Notes under the pieces: model-generated
The model's database searches: none
Told to the model about the DNA's origin: nothing
Seen by the model: only the letters and a program-made list of their open reading frames with translations
DNA from: Verrucomicrobiota bacterium
Lineage (GTDB): Bacteria > Verrucomicrobiota > Verrucomicrobiia > Methylacidiphilales > JBCCWR01
Assembly: GCA_039193385.1 (NCBI GenBank)
Contig: JBCCWR010000002.1
Location: forward strand, 2,966-66,965
DNA length: 64,000 nt
Direction: 5' to 3'
Translations under genes and position numbers: made by a program
Shown: piece by piece, positions 56,774 to 64,000 of the stretch
Layout of the letters: every line of letters starts with the position of its first letter
Position numbering within the stretch: position 1 is the first letter of the stretch

Positions 56774-57523
56774 TCAGGGATTAGGACGGATCAGGCACGC
56801 TTCTGAAAGCGAACGCCCAGCAACAAAAGTAGGACTAGTAATCCACCCCCCCAGCGATCCCAGCATAATCACAGTGCCGGCAGAAGGCGGCGACGCGATG
56901 TCCACCGTGAGCGTGGGGACTGGCAGCCCACTGGTGTTGGTTATCGAGGCAAATTTGATGAGCGCAATAGGCCCCGCTGCGGATAAAACCAAGGTGATCT
57001 CATTGTTGGTATCGGTCTGCAACAGCGCAAACAAGTCACTGGCTGACAATTGGATGCTTAGATCGCCGGTTTCACCAGCTGCAATAGGCAGCGATCCTAA
57101 AGGACTGGTGACGGTGATCCCCTCGTTCGCGCTTACGGACCCGGTACCATGCGGGCGGTCCGCCGGGCCCATCACAGCGGTCCAGGCAGTCTCGCTCACC
57201 CCGTCGAGCAGCGCGCTGACATGCAAATTTTCCACACTTGCACTTGTGGTATTGATGCGATGCAGAGTCAGTGTCGCCGATACGATATCAGAGGCTTGAG
57301 TAATTTGCGGAAGGAGCGATGAAACATCAAAACGCAGATAGGACAACCGGTCATGAACCCCAGTGGCCGTGTAATGTCTGCGAACCTGCAGGGTTTCGCT
57401 TTCGTTCCGATCCTCGCCAATGACACGGCTAAAGGCATTTTCGGTAGCCACAATCGAGACCGAATCGCCGTAGGCGCTGGTGGTTGCCAATACAATTAGA
57501 AAAAACAAGGAGCGATGTATCAT
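56774..57523 (-). CDS. Secreted DNRLRE-like domain protein whose PEP-CTERM-like anchor is out of frame at a C7/G7 tract
   Basis: Signal peptide present. RLSYLRFDVSSLL...ATLTLHRI is DNRLRE-like. After the homopolymer at 56846-56852 the annotated frame ends in non-hydrophobic sequence. With one G fewer the tail reads SPPSAGTVIMLGSLGGGLLVLLLLLGVRFQKRA* with a stop at 56791. Confidence 0.55.
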   Translation of the reverse strand: MIHRSLFFLIVLATTSAYGDSVSIVATENAFSRVIGEDRNESETLQVRRHYTATGVHDRLSYLRFDVSSLLPQITQASDIVSATLTLHRINTTSASVENLHVSALLDGVSETAWTAVMGPADRPHGTGSVSANEGITVTSPLGSLPIAAGETGDLSIQLSASDLFALLQTDTNNEITLVLSAAGPIALIKFASITNTSGLPVPTLTVDIASPPSAGTVIMLGSLGGWITSPTFVAGRSLSEACLIRPNP

Positions 57524-57727
57524 TTTAAATATTAGGATAAATAGGTTATAAATAGATATTTATTTAACGAGGGCGTACAGAAGCATTTTATTAAAACAAG
57601 TAAAGAAAAAACTGCCGAAAAAACGTCAACTCACTCACTCAATATAGATGGTCGATAGAGGCCTGCTATCTGAGGAAATGAAGGAGTAATAAGCAGTCCA
57701 TGATTACGCTAAACGATAAATGAAAAA

Positions 57728-57763
57728 GGGGTCACCCATTTTTCTAATGGGCGACCCTTTTTT
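57728..57763. terminator. Bidirectional rho-independent-type hairpin
   Basis: gggGTCACCCATT-tttct-AATGGGCGACcc pairs at 11 of 12 positions. It is flanked by A5 on the 5' side and T6 on the 3' side, so both strands see a U-tract. It lies about 75 nt 3' of the minus-strand sulfatase gene and upstream of the RHS operon. Confidence 0.6.
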
Positions 57764-57836
57764 GTTCCGATGATTGACGTGATTTGGCGTGAATTGAATA
57801 TGTCCATTCAATTCGATGTTACTCTGACCAGACCCT

Positions 57837-59264
57837 CTAGTTGGATGCCCTGGTATCTATGCCGGGGAGCTTCCACTTTGGATGAGGCGTGTGCTCTTTG
57901 GCTGCGATTACTTCGATTTGTTCAATGATTTCGGGATGTTGGGCAGCAAGGTTGTGCTCCTCTCCGACATCCTTTGAAAGATCATAGAGTTCCCATTTTC
58001 CTTCGGCTCCGTTAGCTCGGTAAGCCTTCCAGCTCTCGCCCAGGTGAACTGCCTGCTGTGGCATTTTCTCGTAGAATTCCCAGTAGAGATAATCGCGTTC
58101 GGTTTGCTGGGTCGGTTGTCCTCTGAGGGTGGGGTAGATTGAAATGCCATCCATGGCCTCCGTGATGGGTTGCCCCCCTATGTCTGCGATAGTTGGCATC
58201 AAATCGTACTGAGTGGTTTGTAGATCACAGGTGCTTCCCGGCGGGATGGTGCCGGGCCACCAGGCTAGCAGTGGGACACGGATCCCGCCTTCGTAGAGGT
58301 AGCGTTTAAACATGCGGTAGGGCCCATTGCCGTTCCATCTCTTAGTCTTGCCGTAATAGCTGTCTTCGTCGCCATTGTCTGAGGTCCATAGGATGATTGT
58401 ATCTTTCTCGATACCCCATTGCTTCACCGCGTCGATCAGGCGGCCGACGTTGCGGTCATGGCGAGTGATGAGTGCGGCATAGAGCTGTTCCCTTTGTTTC
58501 CATGGCATCTGGTCGTAGCCTTCCATATCCGGAACCCAGAGGCCGTTGAGGGGGATTTTGCTGGAGTCTCCATGAGGCACACAACTTGCGTAGTAAACAA
58601 AGAAGGGCTTTCCCTTTTGCTGACTCTTGTCCATGAAATCGATAATGGTGTCGGCATAGAGATCTTCGGTGAAGATACCGTTTTCACCGAGCACCGGTAC
58701 ATGAGGTTTGAGCTTTTCCGGATCATTTTCAGGAATCGGGGTTTTCTCTCCGTTGATCCAAATATGATCATTATAAAAGGACCGACAATCGACGTGACCC
58801 AGATAACCCATCCAGTAATCCCAGCCTACTCTGGTGATTTCCTCGGGTGTGTGATGACCACCCGTGCTGATTTTGCCAAAGGCCGCAGTGGTATAGCCCG
58901 CCTGGCGAGCTACCTCACCCAGCATGGGATCCTTAGGGGGCCAGATTGCAGCAGACAGCCTTGCGGCGTTGGCGCGCCAGACAGCGTTTCCGCCGTGTTT
59001 TCCAGTCAGCAGGCTGTTTCGTGATGGGCCACACACGGCGTTACCGGCGTAGGCGCGGGTAAACAGCATGCCCTCTGCGCGCAGTCGATCCAGGTTGGGG
59101 GTCTTGAGAGTCTGCATACTGGCCTCATCCAGTCCGTAACAGGGCACTTTGCCAATTCCCCAATCATCGGTATTGATGTAGATTATATTTGGAGTGTTTT
59201 TCGCTTCTGCGCATAGGGTCATCAAACTTAAAACAAAGAGGGAGGTGAATGCTGTTTTCATCAA
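57837..59264 (-). CDS. Arylsulfatase (S1 family)
   Basis: PNIIYINTDDWG, signature AVCGPSRNSLLTGKH and WTSDNG. Signal peptide present. Confidence 0.9.
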   Translation of the reverse strand: MMKTAFTSLFVLSLMTLCAEAKNTPNIIYINTDDWGIGKVPCYGLDEASMQTLKTPNLDRLRAEGMLFTRAYAGNAVCGPSRNSLLTGKHGGNAVWRANAARLSAAIWPPKDPMLGEVARQAGYTTAAFGKISTGGHHTPEEITRVGWDYWMGYLGHVDCRSFYNDHIWINGEKTPIPENDPEKLKPHVPVLGENGIFTEDLYADTIIDFMDKSQQKGKPFFVYYASCVPHGDSSKIPLNGLWVPDMEGYDQMPWKQREQLYAALITRHDRNVGRLIDAVKQWGIEKDTIILWTSDNGDEDSYYGKTKRWNGNGPYRMFKRYLYEGGIRVPLLAWWPGTIPPGSTCDLQTTQYDLMPTIADIGGQPITEAMDGISIYPTLRGQPTQQTERDYLYWEFYEKMPQQAVHLGESWKAYRANGAEGKWELYDLSKDVGEEHNLAAQHPEIIEQIEVIAAKEHTPHPKWKLPGIDTRASN

Positions 59265-59468
59265 ATTTGTGTGGGTTTCGAATTTTTATCGTGCTGGAAT
59301 TCGAAGAAGGTTCGGAAAGGACAAACAAAGCGGACAGTCCTTGTTTTTTATACTTTGATTTATAGACCTGTTAGGATACGAAGCAACTCCCATACTTATT
59401 AAAGCATTCTCCTTTGGGTGAATTCTGTGTTTAACGAATGGACTACTTTCTTTATTATTTCATGGGGA

Positions 59469-59741
59469 TTACGCAAGAATCTGAAACCCTTTTAACTCGG
59501 TATTCACCGGCATCTCCTGTTCCTGGACCTCGCGGATGAAACCATTGAGATGGCTATTCTTGATCTCTTGTGTCATGGCTTCTACTTCAGACTTTTCTCC
59601 CTGCAGCCAACACTCCACCCGCCCATCGGCCAGATTTTTCACATAACCACTCACTTCAAAACCGGAGGCTATTTGCTTCACGGAGTAACGAAATCCCACC
59701 CCCTGCACATGGCCTTTATAAAACAACTGAGCTGCAAACAT
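59469..59741 (-). CDS. acyP: Acylphosphatase
   Basis: About 90 aa from the ATG at 59741. It has the signature GHVQGVGFRYSV and GYVKNLADGRVE. Confidence 0.85.
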   Translation of the reverse strand: MFAAQLFYKGHVQGVGFRYSVKQIASGFEVSGYVKNLADGRVECWLQGEKSEVEAMTQEIKNSHLNGFIREVQEQEMPVNTELKGFQILA

Positions 59742-59819
59742 CCCCACAGGTCTAACCCATCCCCCTTCTTTTACCAAGCGTCATTGCTGTAGCCATTAAC
59801 AAGCTAAAAAAACTTAAAA

Positions 59820-61058
59820 TTAGTGTGGCTGATAGGTGGCAGCGAACGCTTCTTTGGCCTGCAGGCGGAATTGATGCTCTCCTTTGAGTCTGATTATTTT
59901 GTCTGCTGGGGAATGGATGATGTCTCCACGAGCTCTACGCTTGGCCTCTTTTTTATCTTTAGCTTTGAAGCTACGGGTCAACAAATCGTAGTCATTGAGC
60001 CTGCCGCTAGCGGCGCAGCCACTCATTTGCAACTTGCCTGAAGTCTCGACCACGGGTGAGGTCATGCGGAAGAGAGCATCTCCACCCTCCGGGTAAAGCT
60101 TGCTGTCGTTGGTTAGAGCCAAAAAACTAAATTTAAGTTCATGAAGATGACGCGGGGCGTCGAACTTGCGGTTGATTTCTTCGGTAAGCGCTGGCACATG
60201 CCACGAATGTACTTCATGGCACCAGTGTTTTGTTCCATGACGCTGGAGCATAGGACAAGCCTGGGCATGAAGACAGGGCCCGAGGATGGATGGCTTTGAT
60301 TCCTGTTTGAGCCACAAATCCCGCACGCGCTGCAAACGCAGGGAAGTCTCAGCTAAGGCCGGCTCGAGGACCAAGAGCAGACCGCCTGGCTTTAATTTCA
60401 TGCTCAACTTTTTCAACCAGTTTAGCACCTGCTCATCATCGCTGCCGAAGAAAGCCTCTCCCAGAGAGAAGCTCAGAATGATCATATCCCAACCCTCAGC
60501 TTGAGCGAGGACAGATTGCTGGAGTGCAGTCTTCATATTGCCACGATGTGTCATCCAGCGGGCCTGGGGCCAGAGATTGCCTTGATCCATACTCAGTTTG
60601 CGCAATAACTCCAATTGCAGGTTCGATTGATCGACGGCGTCGATCAACATACCCTGGGTAACACCCTGATGAGCCATTTCTGTCACGGCTCCCATAGATG
60701 CGGCCCCCAGCCCGCAACCCAGGTCCAGCACACGCATACGGGGACCAGCAGGGACTCCGACTTCGGATTGGCTTTGGTCTTCCACAGGCGGTCGCCATTG
60801 TCTGAACTGAAGCAGTTCGCGCATAGCATAACGCACCCGGGTGAAAGTCTGGGGATAGAAATAACAGCCATAGGCCAGGACGGCCTCTTCATCCTGAGTG
60901 TAGCCGGAGAAATCCTCTTCTCGTTCCGAAGTGAATAAGTCGCTGAGAATATCCGCTGCAATGACCAGTTTGTGCAGACATGTCTTCCGTTTGGGGTGCT
61001 TCATACGGCTCAAAGCCTCTGCCTCCCACCATTGCTCCAAGGCCTCCGGATAGATCAT
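59820..61058 (-). CDS. Rsm22-like SAM-dependent methyltransferase
   Basis: SAM motif I is VLDLGCGLGAAS, with post-I LLVLEPA. The C-terminal Cys/His cluster CLHAQACPM...HWCHEV is typical of Rsm22-family proteins. The ATG at 61058 avoids overlap with the upstream gene. Confidence 0.62.
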   Translation of the reverse strand: MIYPEALEQWWEAEALSRMKHPKRKTCLHKLVIAADILSDLFTSEREEDFSGYTQDEEAVLAYGCYFYPQTFTRVRYAMRELLQFRQWRPPVEDQSQSEVGVPAGPRMRVLDLGCGLGAASMGAVTEMAHQGVTQGMLIDAVDQSNLQLELLRKLSMDQGNLWPQARWMTHRGNMKTALQQSVLAQAEGWDMIILSFSLGEAFFGSDDEQVLNWLKKLSMKLKPGGLLLVLEPALAETSLRLQRVRDLWLKQESKPSILGPCLHAQACPMLQRHGTKHWCHEVHSWHVPALTEEINRKFDAPRHLHELKFSFLALTNDSKLYPEGGDALFRMTSPVVETSGKLQMSGCAASGRLNDYDLLTRSFKAKDKKEAKRRARGDIIHSPADKIIRLKGEHQFRLQAKEAFAATYQPH

Positions 61059-61059
61059 G

Positions 61060-64000
61060 TTATTCAATAGCTGAAAGACGTTCTTCGACGACACAGATCA
61101 AATCTTTTACTTGTTCTCGGGCCGCATCTTTGCCCTCCGTGTGAATCTTATGATGGATGTCTGGCAACTGACTCATGGTAGTGGAGCACAAGGCTTCAAG
61201 CTTTCTGCGGAAAAGCAAGGCGACGAAACCATCCAGCTCATCCATACTTTGAATGCCTCCTTTCTTCAAGGTGTCCTTACCCAGCCGCTCCAGGCTTGCT
61301 GACTCACGGAAGAGTATGGCGGTGCCAACCAGCGAGCCTTCTGGATCCATCAGCGGGCTGTTGCTTTGTTTGACATGCAACTGCTTGGCACCCGCTGTGC
61401 GTAATTCTGTTTGCATCAGGATAAGACCGCTGTTATCCCCGAGCAGATGAATTTGCTGCTGCTGGTGAATATTATAGACTTCTGTTATTTCATGACCGTA
61501 AGCCTGTTCAAACTTCAGATCTATGATTTTTTCTGCAGCTTCATTGAGCATAACAACCTTGCCGTTATCATCCGTGGTGATGAAAGCTTCTTCTATATGC
61601 GGTGCCATGCTGCGCTCGACGACTTTTCTGATTTTCATGGCCTCCTCCCGACGGACTGAGGCAGGCTTCAGAGTGGTGCGAGACGCTTTTTTGACCTCTT
61701 TGACCTTTCCCGTGTCATCGGCTGAAGAGACAGATAACTCATCTTCTGTTTTTTTCGCATCGGCTGCCTTGTCTTCTTCAGGAACCTCGGGGGTCGCTTG
61801 CGGTTTGCTTTTGGTGACTTCTTCCGAAGTCTCAGTTTTACCGGTTTCCTCTTTTTGCTGCTGAGATTTTGCCGTAGATGGTGTTTCTGTCTGCTGCTTG
61901 GCTTGGGAGTCGGGTTCTGCCTTTTTCTTTTCAGTGGAAATTTGCTCCGCCTTGGCTTCCACTGGCTTCACTTTTTCGGTCTCCGAATCTTCGGGCGACA
62001 TTTTATCATTGGAAATCACAACACTGGATTTGTCCGTGTCTTGATTTGTGGGCAGAGATGTTTCACGCGTTAAAACTTTAGGCAATATGGTCGTGCCCAG
62101 TGTTTCCTTTTCCAGAACGAGAATGGGCACCGTCTTATGCTTGAGAGAATCTTCATCTTCTTCCTCTTTATCTGTCTGGACCGGCTGCGCCGGTTTCGCT
62201 TCCTCAATTTTCTGTCGCATAGCAGAGCAATCAGCCTGATCCATGAAAACGATAGCCGAGTCCAGTTGATGTTCCACGGTGTACACACCATAGATGCTCA
62301 AGGTGGCCATTATTTTACTCTCATCCTTTTTCTTAAATTCATCGCGCACGCGCGCTTTGATCGACTTCCGCGAAATCATTCTGCTGATAAACGAGTCCAG
62401 TAAATCAGCGAGTTCGGACATAACAGCTAAATCCATCAGCTTCCTGCCTCGGAGTTGATCCGGGTCTTCATAGCCCAGAAGTTCAATGAAGGCAGTATTG
62501 GAGGCAATAATATTGCCCATGTTATCGACCATGGCGGTAGGACGCTTGTTGGAGCTGAAGAGAGTCTGAAAACGAGTTTCGATGATTTGCAGGTGCAAAT
62601 GCATTTCTGTGGATTTCGATTTATTGCTGAAACTACGCAACACATTCCAAAGCGAGCCGTCATGATTGCGGATGGCCTGCGCATCCATTAGGACTTGTAA
62701 CTTACGGCCTTGACTATCTTTGAGCACACTTTCCAGGGTGAAAGCGTCGCGACTGCCGTCGACGAGCATTTTCTCAAGCTCTTCGCCTTCATCTTTATTT
62801 TCTGTGTAAACAAATTCCGTGAACTTGCGTCCAATCCATTCTCCCTCTGGTTCGCCCGACCATTGAATCATGGTGTCGTTCACTAAGTTGACTTTGCCAT
62901 CGGCGCTAGTGATAACTACGCCACTCATGCTTGAAGATACCAGTGCTTTGAAACGTGAATCACTTTCAGCATGCTGGGACTCCAGTTGGGGTATGACATT
63001 CAGGTTATCAATTATCCAGACAAGACGCTTTTCAGGACTTGCATCCATGATATGTCCATAAATCCTGACCCAGATAGCTGTGGCATCCTTGCATGCCATC
63101 CACCCTTCCATGACATAAGCATTCTGTTCCCCGTTAAAGCAAGCGTCGCGCTGTTCCTTTTCATTGACATCATTAATGAGTGAGAGCGTTTCGCTTAGAG
63201 GAACATCCTGGAGAGAGGCAACATCAAAGCCGGTCCATTCTGTGAAAACAGGGTTGACCTTTAACACCTCGCCGTATTTGTCAAGCTGCACTACAGCGAT
63301 CTTAGCCTCATCCAGCATGGCTAGCTTTGCTTCTTCAGCTTTCTTGAGCAAAGCATCCTTTTCGATTTCTTTTTTCTCGATTTCTACGATGCGCATCTGC
63401 GCGCTCTTCAAGTCCGCTGCGGTATTGCTGATACGTACTTCGTGACCTTGCAGCTCTTCCTGCTGACCGGCTAACTGCTGCTTGAGTTCATCTCGTTCGG
63501 ACTCGGCAAGCTCCGCACGTGCTTTTTCATTACGCAGAGATTCTTCTACATCAGTGACCGTCTGACGCAGCTGGGCCAATTCCTGGTCTGCTTCATCCAG
63601 GCGAACCGAGGTTGTTTCAAGTTCACTGTGCGTTTCCTGTAAGTTCGACTCTAGATCACCAGCACGGGCCGTTTCGTTGCTCAGTTCTTGCTGAGTCTGT
63701 TGTAACTGCCCATTTAGTCCTTCAGTTTGTTCTTGCACTTCCTGAAGCCTGGTCTCTATGTCTGCAAGATTCTGCGCCGTGGTCTCAAGCTCTGATCTGG
63801 TATTTTGAATTTCATCTTCCAGCCCACCCATCTGCTCTTTGGCTTCTGTTAACAAGACAGTGGTTCTTTCGAGTTCTTTACGCTCAGTGAGATCTTCCAC
63901 CATCAAAATCATAGCCCACTGAGGGTAATCCGATTGCTCAATCTTTGATACGGTGAGCCGGGCGGGTAACTGGGCGGTGTCTCGCTGAAGTTGTGCTTCA
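61060..64000 (-). CDS. Multi-PAS coiled-coil signalling protein, N-terminus outside the window
   Basis: The frame stays open upstream of the listed ATG (..DYPQWAMILMVEDLTERKELE is the end of a PAS domain). A long coiled coil follows, then at least three PAS-like modules. A K/E/T-rich linker of about 200 aa is encoded at roughly 61.65-62.25 kb. No kinase, GGDEF or HTH output domain was recognised. Confidence 0.65.
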   Translation of the reverse strand, partial: EAQLQRDTAQLPARLTVSKIEQSDYPQWAMILMVEDLTERKELERTTVLLTEAKEQMGGLEDEIQNTRSELETTAQNLADIETRLQEVQEQTEGLNGQLQQTQQELSNETARAGDLESNLQETHSELETTSVRLDEADQELAQLRQTVTDVEESLRNEKARAELAESERDELKQQLAGQQEELQGHEVRISNTAADLKSAQMRIVEIEKKEIEKDALLKKAEEAKLAMLDEAKIAVVQLDKYGEVLKVNPVFTEWTGFDVASLQDVPLSETLSLINDVNEKEQRDACFNGEQNAYVMEGWMACKDATAIWVRIYGHIMDASPEKRLVWIIDNLNVIPQLESQHAESDSRFKALVSSSMSGVVITSADGKVNLVNDTMIQWSGEPEGEWIGRKFTEFVYTENKDEGEELEKMLVDGSRDAFTLESVLKDSQGRKLQVLMDAQAIRNHDGSLWNVLRSFSNKSKSTEMHLHLQIIETRFQTLFSSNKRPTAMVDNMGNIIASNTAFIELLGYEDPDQLRGRKLMDLAVMSELADLLDSFISRMISRKSIKARVRDEFKKKDESKIMATLSIYGVYTVEHQLDSAIVFMDQADCSAMRQKIEEAKPAQPVQTDKEEEDEDSLKHKTVPILVLEKETLGTTILPKVLTRETSLPTNQDTDKSSVVISNDKMSPEDSETEKVKPVEAKAEQISTEKKKAEPDSQAKQQTETPSTAKSQQQKEETGKTETSEEVTKSKPQATPEVPEEDKAADAKKTEDELSVSSADDTGKVKEVKKASRTTLKPASVRREEAMKIRKVVERSMAPHIEEAFITTDDNGKVVMLNEAAEKIIDLKFEQAYGHEITEVYNIHQQQQIHLLGDNSGLILMQTELRTAGAKQLHVKQSNSPLMDPEGSLVGTAILFRESASLERLGKDTLKKGGIQSMDELDGFVALLFRRKLEALCSTTMSQLPDIHHKIHTEGKDAAREQVKDLICVVEERLSAIE

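Noticed and set aside
42216-57523. Interpreting the locus as a T6SS effector locus or a Tc (ABC) toxin locus
   Set aside because: No PAAR, VgrG, Hcp, DUF1795/DUF2169 adaptor, TcA-like or TpsB/CdiB-like gene is in the window. The RHS has a Sec signal peptide. The 1540-aa neighbour is beta-rich LamG/TSP3, not a TcA-type helical translocator. T6SS genes elsewhere in the genome cannot be excluded.

Overview
This 64-kb window looks like a marine PVC-superphylum genome (Verrucomicrobiota, Lentisphaerota or Planctomycetota style). That assignment is inferred from gene content only. There are five blocks. (1) 1-8.1 kb holds housekeeping and signalling genes: an HTTM-like membrane protein, a GT39 glycosyltransferase, cysS, tRNA-Gln, and an unusual FHA / DUF4388 / receiver / cNMP-binding gene set. 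(2) 8.5-32.7 kb is a sulfated-fucan-type glycan utilisation cluster. It has two GH29 fucosidases, S1 sulfatases, DUF1080, a Gfo/Idh/MocA oxidoreductase, a 1354-aa multidomain glycosidase, an SGNH esterase, a SulP transporter and a double beta-helix protein. An IS630 insertion interrupts it. (3) 32.8-36.1 kb is a GntR(YtrA-like)/ABC operon. (4) 36.2-42.2 kb is a mobile-element scrapyard: a ParE-type TA pair, an orphan RHS fragment, an IS66 fragment, a Y1/RayT-like transposase, a truncated IS110 and a full IS66 with a broken tnpA. (5) 42.2-57.5 kb is a tightly packed six-gene minus-strand operon. It encodes a PEP-CTERM-like protein, a 1540-aa LamG/TSP3 giant, a HEAT-like protein, a small anchored protein, a ~2760-aa Sec-signal RHS toxin and a putative immunity protein. 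No T6SS, Tc or two-partner-secretion hallmark is visible, and this operon is the best candidate for an undescribed system. The window ends with a sulfatase, an acylphosphatase, an Rsm22-like methyltransferase and a PAS protein. No rRNA or CRISPR array was seen. All family calls come from motif recognition by eye, not from searches.
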